DNA from: Thermodesulfobacteriota bacterium
GTDB taxonomy: Bacteria > Desulfobacterota > Desulfobulbia > Desulfobulbales > SURF-16
Length of the DNA: 50,880 nucleotides
Assembly: GCA_039715015.1 (NCBI GenBank)
Contig: JBDLIE010000018.1
Span: 1-50,880, forward strand
Direction of reading: 5' to 3'
In this document: piece after piece, positions 29,339 through 39,408 of the stretch
Position numbering within the stretch: the stretch's first letter is position 1
How the letters are laid out: each line of letters starts with the position of its first letter
The notes under the pieces: model-generated
The model's database searches: none
What the model was told of the DNA's origin: nothing
What the model saw: only the letters and a program-made list of their open reading frames with translations
Made by a program: the position numbers and the translations under genes

Positions 29339-30440
29339 ATGTCAGCAGAACTTCAACAAAAACTTCAAGGCTATAAAGACCGCCTTCTCACCTTAAAGGT
29401 GCATCTTTGACTTAGCCGGTAAGCAAGAACAACTCGCCGAGCTTGAACACCAGACCATGAACCCGGATTTTTGGAATGATCCGGACAAGGCCCGCCAAAC
29501 CCAGATTGCCATTGGCCGCCTTCAGGATCCCATTGACGGCTGGCAGGGTTGCTATGACATTGTCGAGGATACTGAGGTGCTTCTTGAGCTGGCCCGTGAG
29601 GAAGAGGACGCCGACACCGAGCAAGAAGCCATTGAGGCCATTGACTCGCTTAATCTACGCCTGGAAGATTTCGAACTGGAATGTATGTTCAGCGGCGAGC
29701 ATGACAACAGCAATGCCATGCTCGCCATCCATGCCGGAGCTGGCGGCACCGAGGCTCAGGATTGGACTGATATGTTGCTGCGCATGTTCCTGCGTTGGTG
29801 TGAGAAAAAGAAGTTCAAAACCGACATCCTTGACCTGCAACCAGGTGACGAGGCCGGGGTCAAAAGCGTCACCCTGATGATCAAGGGTAAATATGTTTAC
29901 GGATACCTGCGCTCAGAGGTGGGCATCCACCGTCTGGTTCGCATTTCTCCCTTTGACACCAGTGGCCGCCGTCACACCTCTTTTGCCTCGGCCTTTGTTT
30001 TTCCTGAACTTGATGACGATATTGAGGTGGAGATCAACGAGAAGGATCTACGCATCGACACCTACCGGGCCAGCGGTGCCGGTGGCCAGCATGTCAATAA
30101 GACAAGCTCGGCAATCCGCATCACCCATATCCCCACGAATATTGTTGTCCAATGTCAGAACGAACGTTCCCAGCATCGCAACAAAGATATGGCCATGAAG
30201 ATGCTCAAAGCCCGCCTCTACGAAAGGGAGCAGGAGCTGCAAAAAGAGCAGCACGAAGAAATCGGCGGTGAAAAAAAAGAGATTGCCTGGGGCAGCCAGA
30301 TCCGCTCCTATGTCATGCAGCCCTATCGCCTGGTCAAAGATCACCGCACCAACCAGGAAAGCGGTAATGTCGATGCAGTTTTAGATGGTGATCTCGATCC
30401 CTTTATCAAGGCCTTCCTCCTATGGCAGGGCAACAAGTAG
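29339..30440 (+). CDS. prfB: Peptide chain release factor 2 with programmed +1 frameshift
   Basis: ATG 29339, 23 codons to CTT-TGA-C (29405-29411) with AGGTG internal SD 3 nt upstream; the +1 frame carries SPF and GGQ. Confidence 0.96.
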
Positions 30441-31609
30441 ACACAAAAAAATGTGCTAAATGCGGGGCCTGTACCCCGGTCTGTCCAGTGTATCAATCTA
30501 CAGGCCGAGAATCGCACACTGCCCGCGGCAAACTGCATCTCTTTAAGAAAGGCAGCTCATTCGACTCCGCTTATTTTAACGACCTGCTGTCCAAATGCAT
30601 TCAATGCGGGGCCTGCGACGATGCCTGCCCCCGCAATTTGACGCCCAGTGGCGATATCCGCACCTGGCGGGGCCATCAGCCCTTTGGTCGCGACCCGCAC
30701 GGTTTTATAAAATTCCTAACTAAAAAGGTTCTGGCCAGCCCTCTGCTCCAAGAGGGTGGTTGCCATACCCTGCGCGCCCTTTTTGACAGCCTCCCTCCAG
30801 CAAGCGGTCTGCGAAAACGCCTAGACCTCCTGATTCCAGGTCTTGCACCTCAACAACCCCTGCCCCTTCCACTAAAGAAGGATAATCCAACCACTCTTAC
30901 CTATTTCCCTGGCTGCCTGGCTGATCATCTCTATAAGAACATTAAAGAAGCAACAGCAATTCTTGCCGGCCACTGCGGCTATGAACTCCACAGCCCTGCA
31001 GCGCTCACATGCTGCGGCCTGGCCTCACATACCTCCGGCAATATGGAAGAGGCCCGGGCTCTGGCCAAGGAAAATATCCAGGCTTTTATTAAGACAGACG
31101 GCCCCATCCTCACCTCCTGCGCCTCCTGCACCAGCCATCTGAGCAGTTACCCGGACCTTTTCACTGACGACCAGGGAATGCGTGCAAAGGCACAGAATTT
31201 TACCAGCCGTATCCAGGAATTTTCAACTTTTTTCAGCGACCAGGCAGGCCTGCAGGGAGTCGGCCCTCAAGAGACGGCTTTTTATCATGACCCCTGCCAT
31301 CTTCGCTTTGGCCCCTGCCAGGTCTCCAAGGAACCGCGCCAACTCCTTGCAGAGATGAACGGCTGTCCGCCGCTCTCTCTGCCTTCACAGTGCTGCGGCC
31401 AGGGTGGTCTTTTTCACCTGACCAACCCTGGCCTTTCTCAGGACATATTCAACCGGGCCCTCCAACCCCTTACGGAACTTTCCCAGGGCACCATAGTCAC
31501 CACCTGTAGCGGCTGCCTACTCCAATGGCAACAGGAACTGGCCCGTGACAAGGGCCCCTTTACAGCGGAGCATCTTGCCGTTTTCCTTGCCAAATTGTGT
31601 AAGGATTGA
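30422..31609 (+). CDS. GlcF-like Fe-S protein (two ferredoxin motifs plus two CCG domains)
   Basis: CAKCGACTPVCP, CIQCGACDDACP, CCG twice, YHDPCH. Confidence 0.88.
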   Translation: MAGQQVDTKKCAKCGACTPVCPVYQSTGRESHTARGKLHLFKKGSSFDSAYFNDLLSKCIQCGACDDACPRNLTPSGDIRTWRGHQPFGRDPHGFIKFLTKKVLASPLLQEGGCHTLRALFDSLPPASGLRKRLDLLIPGLAPQQPLPLPLKKDNPTTLTYFPGCLADHLYKNIKEATAILAGHCGYELHSPAALTCCGLASHTSGNMEEARALAKENIQAFIKTDGPILTSCASCTSHLSSYPDLFTDDQGMRAKAQNFTSRIQEFSTFFSDQAGLQGVGPQETAFYHDPCHLRFGPCQVSKEPRQLLAEMNGCPPLSLPSQCCGQGGLFHLTNPGLSQDIFNRALQPLTELSQGTIVTTCSGCLLQWQQELARDKGPFTAEHLAVFLAKLCKD

Positions 31610-31646
31610 TAATTTGAAATTCTATTTTCTAATAAAAGGAGAGTGT

Positions 31647-32498
31647 ATGAAACTACGAAAGTATATCCTTGTCATCCTAGCTGTTTTTTTCCTGTCTGAC
31701 CCGGCTCTTGCCACAGTTGATTGGTCGATTGACAAAACCATTGAGACCAAGGCAGCCATAAAGGACATCGCAACTTCATTTGACGGCAAAAATCTTTTTG
31801 TTCTCACAGAGAAAAATGAGCTTGTCATGTACGATGGCTCAGGGAAAACCCAGGGCAGCATGAAGGTTGATCCTGGCATGGACAAAATTCTGCTGAGCGG
31901 ATTTCAAAAGGCCGGCGTTCCCGAGCAGGTTTTTGTCAGCAACTCGACCACCGGTCAAATCAAGAAACTCTCATTCAGCCTGGTGGCCAAGATCAACACA
32001 ACCGGCAGCCCGTTTCTAGGCAACCCAGACGCGCCGGTGGCCCTGGTTGTCTTTAGCGATTTTCAATGACCCCACTGCGCCAAAGCAGGGGCGCTACTCG
32101 AGCAGGTGCTCGAGCAAAATCCAGATACCGTAAAAATCGTTTTCAAACATTTCCCCTTAGGCTTTCATAAGCAGGCCCAACCCGCAGCCCAGGCCGCTAT
32201 TGCCGCCCACAAACAGGGCAAGTTTTGGCAATACCACGACAAGCTTTATGAAAACCATAAGACCCTGAGCGCTCAGAGTTATGAGGCATTTGCCACCGAG
32301 CTTGGCCTTGATCTGGCCGCCTTTAACCGCGACCGTAAAAGCCCACAGGCCCGCCAGCAAATGGCAGCTGACATTAATATTGGCAAGCAGTCGGGCGTCA
32401 GCGGTACGCCAGCCATTTTCGTTAACGGGCACCGGGTGAAGCAACGGAGTCCGCAAGTCATCCAGTCAATGATTGATGCGGAACTCAAGAAACGCTGA
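31647..32498 (+). CDS. Exported DsbA-like oxidoreductase, selenoprotein (UxxC)
   Basis: AAGGAG RBS, signal peptide; FSDFQ-TGA(32067-32069)-PHC continues in frame into FKHFPL..GVSGTP; split into two ORFs by the track. Confidence 0.85.
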
Positions 32499-32558
32499 TG
32501 GCATGAGGGGGCCCTTTGACACGCCCAGGGTGCCGGTATTGATTAAAGAGGTGGCGAA

Positions 32559-33536
32559 ATAAAAAAAGAGCTTTCCTTTACCAATAACGACATCGTTCGG
32601 CTTCTTTATGGCGACCTTAACCGCAATCTCCATGAACTGGAAAAAGGTATTGGCGTCAAGGTGAAGGCCCGCGGCACCTCTCTCACTGTGAGCGGCGCTG
32701 AGCATGATGTTGAGCTTGCGGCCCAGACCCTGGAGCAGCTCTACATGCTCATTGAGGCAGGTTATCCGGTGTATCCCCAGGATGTGGCCTACGCCATCCA
32801 CATCCTGGAAAAATCAGCGCGGGCCGACCTCAAAGAGATCTTTCTCGACCAAGTTTACATTACCTCCAGGCAGCGTGTTGTTTCCCCAAAGAGCCTCAAC
32901 CAGAAGAGCTATATCGAGGGGATCCGCAATCATGACATTGCCTTTGGCATCGGTCCGGCCGGTACAGGCAAGACATATTTGGCAGTGGCCATGGCCATTG
33001 CCGCTTATACCAGTCATCAGGTGAACTCCATTATTCTGACCAGACCGGCGGTGGAGGCCGGTGAACGTCTGGGTTTTCTGCCCGGTGACATGGCGGAAAA
33101 AATAAACCCCTATCTCCGCCCCCTTCTTGATGCTCTCAATGACATGCTGGGCAAGGAAAAGGCCGGAGAGCTTCTTGAACTGGGCGAGATAGAAATCGCC
33201 CCCCTGGCCTTTATGCGCGGTCGCACCCTTAACAATGCCTTTGTCATTCTAGATGAGGCACAGAATACCACCTACGAACAGATGAAAATGTTCCTCACCC
33301 GGCTGGGCTTTAACTCCAAGGCCATTGTCACTGGCGACATCACCCAGGTGGACCTGCCCTACAGCCAACAGTCAGGGCTGATGGCTGCCTCTCGTATTCT
33401 CAAAAAGACCCCTGGGATCAGCTTCACCACTTTCACGGATACCGATGTGGTGCGCCACCCCCTTGTTCAGAAAATTATCAAGGCCTATGAGGCCTCAGAA
33501 AAAAAGCGTCCGGCCAAGAAAAAAAAGAGCCCCTGA
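32559..33536 (+). CDS. phoH: PhoH-like ATPase (YbeZ/PhoL); probable non-canonical ATA start
   Basis: GPAGTGKTYLA, RPAVEAGERLGFLPGD, MRGRTL, DEAQN; frame open from 32547 with GAGGTG SD 5 nt before ATA 32559. Confidence 0.9.
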   Translation: MKKELSFTNNDIVRLLYGDLNRNLHELEKGIGVKVKARGTSLTVSGAEHDVELAAQTLEQLYMLIEAGYPVYPQDVAYAIHILEKSARADLKEIFLDQVYITSRQRVVSPKSLNQKSYIEGIRNHDIAFGIGPAGTGKTYLAVAMAIAAYTSHQVNSIILTRPAVEAGERLGFLPGDMAEKINPYLRPLLDALNDMLGKEKAGELLELGEIEIAPLAFMRGRTLNNAFVILDEAQNTTYEQMKMFLTRLGFNSKAIVTGDITQVDLPYSQQSGLMAASRILKKTPGISFTTFTDTDVVRHPLVQKIIKAYEASEKKRPAKKKKSP

Positions 33537-33545
33537 TTATCGACT

Positions 33546-34709
33546 ATGTCTGTGCTGCTGAGCAATAATTACAGAGGGTCCTGGCCAGTCTGCGTTGATC
33601 TTTTAACTAAACAGGCTGAAGCGCTTCTTGATCTGGCAGGGCTGGCACGTCACGAATTATCCCTGCTGCTCCTTGATGACCCGGCCATGCAGAAGGTTAA
33701 TAAACAGTGGCGCCAAAAGGATAAAGCCACCAATGTCCTTTCCTTCCCCCAGGGCGATGATGATCTTGACCAGCACCCCATGCTTGGCGACATCATCATT
33801 TCCATTGACACGGCCCAGAGGGAGGCAATAGATAAAGAGATATCTCTTCATCAGCATCTAACCACCCTGCTGGTCCACGGTTTTGTCCACCTTCTTGGTT
33901 ACGACCATGAGCGTTCGGACCAGGACGCCGAGGAGATGTTTGCCCTTGAGTACCATTATTTACAAGCACTTCGAACAAGGAGAATGAAAATGGTTAAACT
34001 CGCCATTAATGTTGACCATGTGGCCACCCTGCGTCAGGCCCGTGGCATTACAGAGCCGGACCCTGTTACAGCTGCAGCCATTGCCGAGCTTGCCGGGGCA
34101 GTGGGTATTGTTGTTCATCTCCGGGAAGACAGGCGCCATATGCAGGACCGCGATATTGAGATTCTGCGTAAAACAGTGCAGACCAAGCTCAACCTGGAAA
34201 TGGGTGCCACTGAAGAGATCATTGAGATCGCCCTGGACCTGCTTCCGGACATGGTCACCCTGGTTCCGGAAAAACGTGAAGAGTTAACCACCGAAGGCGG
34301 TCTTGATGTGGCCGGCCAGGTGGAAAAGCTCAAAGATGTTATTGCCAGGATGACTGAAAAGGATATCCCGGTGAGCCTCTTTATTGATCCCGATTCATCC
34401 CAGATTCAGGCCTCCAAAGAGGTGGGTGCCACCTTTGTTGAAATCCACACCGGTCGTTATGCTGATGCCACCAGCGAAGAGGAGGAAGATAAGGAATTTG
34501 AGTTGATTGCTGCAGCGGCTGAAGAGGCCTATGAGGCGGGCCTGCGTGTCAATGCCGGCCACGGTCTGAACTATGTAAACACAGCGAGAGTTGCTGCCCT
34601 GCCCACCATCGAAGAACTTTCCATCGGTCATGCCGTCATGGCCCGGGCAATTTTTGTCGGTCTTGATCAGGCTGTCCGGGAGATGATCGATATTTGCCGA
34701 TACGCCTAA
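33546..34709 (+). CDS. ybeY-pdxJ: In-frame fusion of rRNA maturation RNase YbeY and pyridoxine 5'-phosphate synthase
   Basis: [24 protein letters not shown], then [26 protein letters not shown], with no stop between. Confidence 0.92.
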   Translation: MSVLLSNNYRGSWPVCVDLLTKQAEALLDLAGLARHELSLLLLDDPAMQKVNKQWRQKDKATNVLSFPQGDDDLDQHPMLGDIIISIDTAQREAIDKEISLHQHLTTLLVHGFVHLLGYDHERSDQDAEEMFALEYHYLQALRTRRMKMVKLAINVDHVATLRQARGITEPDPVTAAAIAELAGAVGIVVHLREDRRHMQDRDIEILRKTVQTKLNLEMGATEEIIEIALDLLPDMVTLVPEKREELTTEGGLDVAGQVEKLKDVIARMTEKDIPVSLFIDPDSSQIQASKEVGATFVEIHTGRYADATSEEEEDKEFELIAAAAEEAYEAGLRVNAGHGLNYVNTARVAALPTIEELSIGHAVMARAIFVGLDQAVREMIDICRYA

Positions 34710-34880
34710 AGTATCCAGAAAGTACATAACAAGGTTCTGCACGGATTACCGTGGGAAGGTCTGTTGCTTGTCTTGTTTTTTTTGCTTCGCATATCGTTTT
34801 GTTCCTTTTCGCCGCTGCGCTGCTGCGTGCCCAAAAAAGGAACGCAGCCAGTGAAACGGGCGACAAGGGCTCCCCGAACA

Positions 34881-35030
34881 GCCCTGGCCTTCGGCACCAC
34901 TCGCCTTCCGCTGTGCAGTGGGCATTGCCCTTCGACAGGCTCAGGGACCGGCGGCTCCTAGTAGGGTATCGGAGAAGGAGAGTTCCCTGAGCTTGTCGAA
35001 GGGTGCCCGTTCAGGGCTGAATGGGGAAAA
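34881..35030. repeat. Dispersed non-coding element (second copy inverted at 46198-46254) interrupted by a REP-like inverted repeat at 34928-35003
   Basis: GCCCTGGCCTTCGGCACC[A/G]CTCGCCTTCCGCTG (32/33 identical) and AGGGCTGAATGGGG(G)AAAA shared; inner CCCTTCGACAGGCTCAGGGA...TCCCTGAGCTTGTCGAAGGG. Confidence 0.75.
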
Positions 35031-35082
35031 GGCAAAACCAAAACATTTAAAACCTAAGGTTCCACGGTACTCCGTGATGAAC

Positions 35083-35129
35083 CATAAAAAAGCCCTGTTA
35101 ACCATTATGGTCAACAGGGCTTTTTTATG
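35083..35129. terminator. Bidirectional intrinsic terminator
   Basis: CATAAAAAAGCCCTGTTAACCAT-T-ATGGTCAACAGGGCTTTTTTATG between convergent pdxJ and fapA. Confidence 0.85.
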
Positions 35130-35154
35130 CCTGTGTCGTTAAAAACAGGGTGTG

Positions 35155-36603
35155 CTAACCGGGATCGGCAGCATCACGTTCTTCCGGCGTCATCCCCCGC
35201 ACATGAATGAGCCGCTTCTCCTTGTCAAACTCAACAACCACCCCTTCTTCGGGGCTGTTCAGGACCCGGCAGGCCTTGCCAATGGTTACCTGCACACCAG
35301 GATGAAGCTTACCGTACACATAAACACATTGGGTGGCTGACTCCTCAATTTCTTCATCAAGTTTTTCTTCAAGCTCCGTGAGATGGTTATTAGCCTCCAT
35401 TACCTTGGGAAGAAGACCATTTAATTTTCGGAGCTTTTCCGCGTTCTCTGCGGAAAAATCCTTACCCTCTTTTTTCATCATTATAGAAAGGGCACTGATG
35501 TCCTTTAACATCTCATTAAGCCGTGGCGGCCAGATCTCTTTAGCTGCCTCAATCTTTTTTTTCTTAAGTTCAAGGGCGGGATTACGGCCGACAATCACCT
35601 CGGTATTAACCTCGGCATCAGAGCCTAGCTCCAAGGCATGCAGGGAGCCACCCAAAACATATTTTCCACCAATGAGCGCTCCTTTGCCGCCCAAGGCCTT
35701 CAGGTCTTTTTCAACCCGAAGATATCCCTGAACGACAAAATCATCGATGATCATGTTGCCCCTGGTCTCAATAGGGCCGGTATTTTCGCAAAAATCTACC
35801 TGCATATCGCCCCAAACACGCACCGAGCACTCTTCGCCAATGAGACCGCCTTTGATCTTTAGGTCAGATCCAGCTATAACCTCAGCGTTATTAACTCCTT
35901 GGTTTATCTCAATGCTTCCCATGCATTTGACTTTAAATCCGGGAAGAACCTGCCCCGTAATATGGAGATGCTTGCCACTAAAGGTGATATTGCCGACAGT
36001 CATGTCAACATCTGAACCGACAGTATGCTCCTCATAGACAGCAGGCTTGCCCGCTGACATGAGAAACTTGCCCTTGACTGTTGATGTGACCTTCAGGCCA
36101 TCTTCACTCAGGCTGACTCCAGGACCACAACGAATGGTCACATCTTTGCCATCCGTTGCTGATATTTCTTCCCCAAGCACATTACGGCCGGCAACACCCT
36201 GGCTCGCAGGTACCTTCTCAAGCAGCAGCTGGTCCTCCGGAACATTAACAATGTTCCCTTGTTCTCGAAAATCAACACGTTCAGAGCGGGAATCTTTATT
36301 CTCCTTGGTCTGGATGACCGCTGGCCGAACAAGGGGTTTTATTTTCGCGTTCTCACCATCCTGGGGAGGGGTTCCTGTAGCGATTACAGCCTTCCCGCCT
36401 TCAAGGGAAGGCTGATCTTCATTAAAGCCGTGATTTATGCCGACAGCCATGGCCGTGGCTATGACATCTTTCCAGTCGCTTGGCTCGAATTCTGCGGCAG
36501 TATGAAGAGCAAGTATGAGTTGGAGCTTATCCTTTGAGAGCTGTAACGTATACTTCTCGTCACAGATTTTCAGCGGCTGTGCCCCAAGCTTGAGTTCAGA
36601 CAT
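35155..36603 (-). CDS. fapA: FapA / DUF342-family protein
   Basis: IATGTPPQDGENA, VDFREQG, GRNVLGE, DVDMTVGNI, GKLHPGVQVTIG. Confidence 0.85.
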   Translation of the reverse strand: MSELKLGAQPLKICDEKYTLQLSKDKLQLILALHTAAEFEPSDWKDVIATAMAVGINHGFNEDQPSLEGGKAVIATGTPPQDGENAKIKPLVRPAVIQTKENKDSRSERVDFREQGNIVNVPEDQLLLEKVPASQGVAGRNVLGEEISATDGKDVTIRCGPGVSLSEDGLKVTSTVKGKFLMSAGKPAVYEEHTVGSDVDMTVGNITFSGKHLHITGQVLPGFKVKCMGSIEINQGVNNAEVIAGSDLKIKGGLIGEECSVRVWGDMQVDFCENTGPIETRGNMIIDDFVVQGYLRVEKDLKALGGKGALIGGKYVLGGSLHALELGSDAEVNTEVIVGRNPALELKKKKIEAAKEIWPPRLNEMLKDISALSIMMKKEGKDFSAENAEKLRKLNGLLPKVMEANNHLTELEEKLDEEIEESATQCVYVYGKLHPGVQVTIGKACRVLNSPEEGVVVEFDKEKRLIHVRGMTPEERDAADPG

Positions 36604-36681
36604 TAACTCATCCTAAATCTTAAACTTTTTCAGGTAACATCTTCAGGGGCCACCTAGCCCCTTTATCCTTCTCATTCCTAT

Positions 36682-36708
36682 GTGTCGGCATAATTGATAA
36701 TAAATTGA
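36682..36708 (-). promoter_or_regulatory. Putative sigma-28 (FliA) promoter of fapA
   Basis: Minus strand TCAA-N15-GCCGACAC versus consensus TAAA-N15-GCCGATAA. Confidence 0.5.
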
Positions 36709-36933
36709 GTATTTTTCACCGATATAGAGGGGTATCCACCGTCATTTTCCCCAAAGGGCCGTGCAATGACGCATGAAAACGGAAATGTATTGTAAGTTTA
36801 TTATAAAGTAAGTGAATTTAGCAAGTTACTTGCAAGAATGGCTCATGTGCCCGCCAGGTTACCCGTAGACAGGTTCTGGTTGGGCAGCAGGGGAATAAAA
36901 TTCTAAAAGGGAAAAATCCGTAAAATTAGAATG

Positions 36934-37932
36934 TTAGCGGGGAAGCATACTCTTTTTCAGAGCCTTGATCTGCTCAACCTCTCCCAAGACAACCAGGGTA
37001 TCTCCCTCCTCAATGGAGGTGCCGGGGGTGGGATTAAAAATGGAATTACCTCCCTTTCGCTTGATAACAACGACAATGATGTTGAAATTTTTACGGATCT
37101 CTGAATCCATCAGGGTTTTATCCACCAGGGAGGTGGCACTGCCTGTAACCACAAGCTCTTCAAGACGCAGGCCAAGATCTCTGCCACTTACTGCCAAGTC
37201 GATAAAATCAGTAACTGTGGGCCGTAAAATAAGATTAGCCATCCGGAATGCCCCAATATAATAGGGAGATATCACCCGGTCAGCCCCGGCCCGCTTCAGT
37301 TTTTCCTTGGCACGCCTATCGCCGCTTGAACGGGCAACGATATAAAGCTCGGGATTCAACTCCCGGGCCGACAGGGAAATATAGACATTGTCGGCATCAG
37401 AGGAAACAACCCCTACCAAACCTTTGGCCCGCGCCACTCCAGCCTGAATGAGCATTTCATCATCTGAGGCATCCCCCTTCAGTGACATATAGCCCAGTTC
37501 AGCGATCTGTTCTATCTCCGAATCCTTTTTTTCTATGACCACAAACTTCTTGTCATGCTCATGGAGGAGTTTGCAAATAACCTGACCAATGCGACCAAAG
37601 CCGCAAACCACATAGTGATCTTTCATTTTTCCGAGCTTCTTTGACATATTTCTTTTCCCCAGAGCGGACCTGATCCCCCCCTCAACAACACTTTCTGTAA
37701 TCTCCCGAAAAACAACCATCACATAGCCAACCCCGACAAGGATAAGAATCATGGTGAAATGGCGTCCGGCCGGGCTGAGATCAACCATCTCTCCATAGCC
37801 CACAGTGGTAACGGTAATCATGGTCATATAGAGACCATCATCAAAGGATGCATCCTCAAGGACCATGTAGCCCATAGAGCCGAAGCTCAAGATGAGAATC
37901 AGAGCAATGATTGATAAGGTAGTTTTTTTCAT
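36934..37932 (-). CDS. Potassium channel protein with TrkA-N/TrkA-C (RCK) domains
   Basis: TTVGYG selectivity filter, VVCGFGRIG, GADRVISP; start uncertain (37932 or 38004). Confidence 0.93.
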   Translation of the reverse strand: MKKTTLSIIALILILSFGSMGYMVLEDASFDDGLYMTMITVTTVGYGEMVDLSPAGRHFTMILILVGVGYVMVVFREITESVVEGGIRSALGKRNMSKKLGKMKDHYVVCGFGRIGQVICKLLHEHDKKFVVIEKKDSEIEQIAELGYMSLKGDASDDEMLIQAGVARAKGLVGVVSSDADNVYISLSARELNPELYIVARSSGDRRAKEKLKRAGADRVISPYYIGAFRMANLILRPTVTDFIDLAVSGRDLGLRLEELVVTGSATSLVDKTLMDSEIRKNFNIIVVVIKRKGGNSIFNPTPGTSIEEGDTLVVLGEVEQIKALKKSMLPR

Positions 37933-38269
37933 ACGCCTACGATAATTTTTCTTTACGACTCCGAGACTCTCCACCGGCAAAAAGGGGAGACGATTCCTTG
38001 GCATTTAGCACTCAAAGCTGCCTGTGACATTTTTCCGGAAAAGAGAATTCGTCCTCATTTCCAGAAAGAACAGTCGCTGCATTTGTTCGGAAAAGAGGAC
38101 TAATGTGGCGACCACGGCAACAAACCAACATCAAGCCAGCCGCCCCATGACCATAAGATATTGTAATATTAACACATTTTCAGACCAAGGCTTCTCGCGG
38201 CCTGAATATTGCTTTACAACAATATCAGCATTGATCGTTCTCCCGTCATCACAAACCAGGAGGTGGGTC

Positions 38270-38383
38270 ATGACTACAAAGGATGTTATCAAACTGCTGA
38301 TGTTAAGCCCTTTCTATTTTCGCCTTTCTCTGCGCGAACGACAACAGCTTTTCGAGGAATTTTGCCGCCATCATAAGGTCTAG
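38270..38383 (+). CDS. Small hypothetical protein, 37 aa (MTTKDVIKLLMLSPFYFRLSLRERQQLFEEFCRHHKV)
   Basis: Strong AGGAGGT RBS just before ATG 38270. Confidence 0.55.
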   Translation: MTTKDVIKLLMLSPFYFRLSLRERQQLFEEFCRHHKV

Positions 38384-38660
38384 CAAACAATTGAAAAGAA
38401 ACTTGTCGGCAGAGAAACTCTCCCGCTGATTGCCAAAGCCTCTCGGCTCTCTCAGCATATCCCTCTTTTTACCAGGCCATTATATTTTCGGTGGCACTCC
38501 CGGGCATCTTACGATATATTTCATAAATTTTTTAAATAGCAAATGATTTTAGCTGCTTTTTAAAGATTGTGCCTGTATTTAGCGGCACTTACCCGGTAAA
38601 GAAAACATTATTTCATGCTGAGATAATGGAAATCAATACATAATGAGAGAGGAGTATATC

Positions 38661-39344
38661 ATGAACATCCTTATGTTTGGCCCCAATGGCAGCGGTAAGG
38701 GCACCCAAGGTGCAATCATCCAGGAAAAAGAGGGTAACATCGCCCATATCGAGTCCGGCGCTATTTTCCGCAAGAACATCGGCGGCGGCACCGAGCTTGG
38801 CATGAAGGCCAAAGAGTATATCGACCGTGGCGATCTTGTTCCTGATGACATCACCATCCCCATGATTCTCGATCGTCTTAAGGAAGATGACTGCAAAGGC
38901 GGTTGGATCCTGGACGGCTTCCCCCGTAACAAGGTGCAGGCCGAGACCCTGGCCAAGGCCCTGAAAACTGAGGGTATCAAGCTTGACTATGTGGTAGAGA
39001 TCGTTCTGCCCCGCGAGGTTGCCAAGCTGCGCATCACCGGTCGCCGTCTCTGCGAGAACGACAACAACCATCCTAACCACATCGCCTTTGACGCCATTAA
39101 GCCTGTGGAGAAAGACGGCGAGCTGGTCTGCCGTGTTTGCGGTGGCGCCCTTTCCGCCCGCGCTGATGACCAGGATGATACCGCCATTGATAAGCGTCAT
39201 GACATCTACTATGACGACAACACCGGCACCATGGCCGCTGTTAACGTCTTTAAAGCAATGACCGCCGACACCACAGTTGTTTCCGTGGATGGTCAGCCTT
39301 CCATCAAGGAAGTTACTGAGACCATGCTGGCCGGCCTGAAATAA
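38661..39344 (+). CDS. adk: Adenylate kinase
   Basis: FGPNGSGKGTQ, GDLVPD, LDGFPRN, LID region; GGAG RBS before ATG 38661. Confidence 0.96.
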   Translation: MNILMFGPNGSGKGTQGAIIQEKEGNIAHIESGAIFRKNIGGGTELGMKAKEYIDRGDLVPDDITIPMILDRLKEDDCKGGWILDGFPRNKVQAETLAKALKTEGIKLDYVVEIVLPREVAKLRITGRRLCENDNNHPNHIAFDAIKPVEKDGELVCRVCGGALSARADDQDDTAIDKRHDIYYDDNTGTMAAVNVFKAMTADTTVVSVDGQPSIKEVTETMLAGLK

Positions 39345-39371
39345 TTTCAGACGAGCTGCAAAATTTCTTAT

Positions 39372-39408
39372 AAAAAAAGGCCAGGGAGAAACTCCCTGGC
39401 CTTTTTTT
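39372..39408. terminator. Bidirectional intrinsic terminator
   Basis: A7-GGCCAGGGAG-AAA-CTCCCTGGCC-T7. Confidence 0.9.

Noticed and set aside
34636..35142. Several short ORFs between pdxJ and fapA
   Set aside because: Translations of REP/MITE-like repeats (PFDRLRDR, SLSLSKG) with no convincing RBS
38493..38508. TGGCAC as a sigma-54 promoter of adk
   Set aside because: The -12 GC is one base off the required spacing
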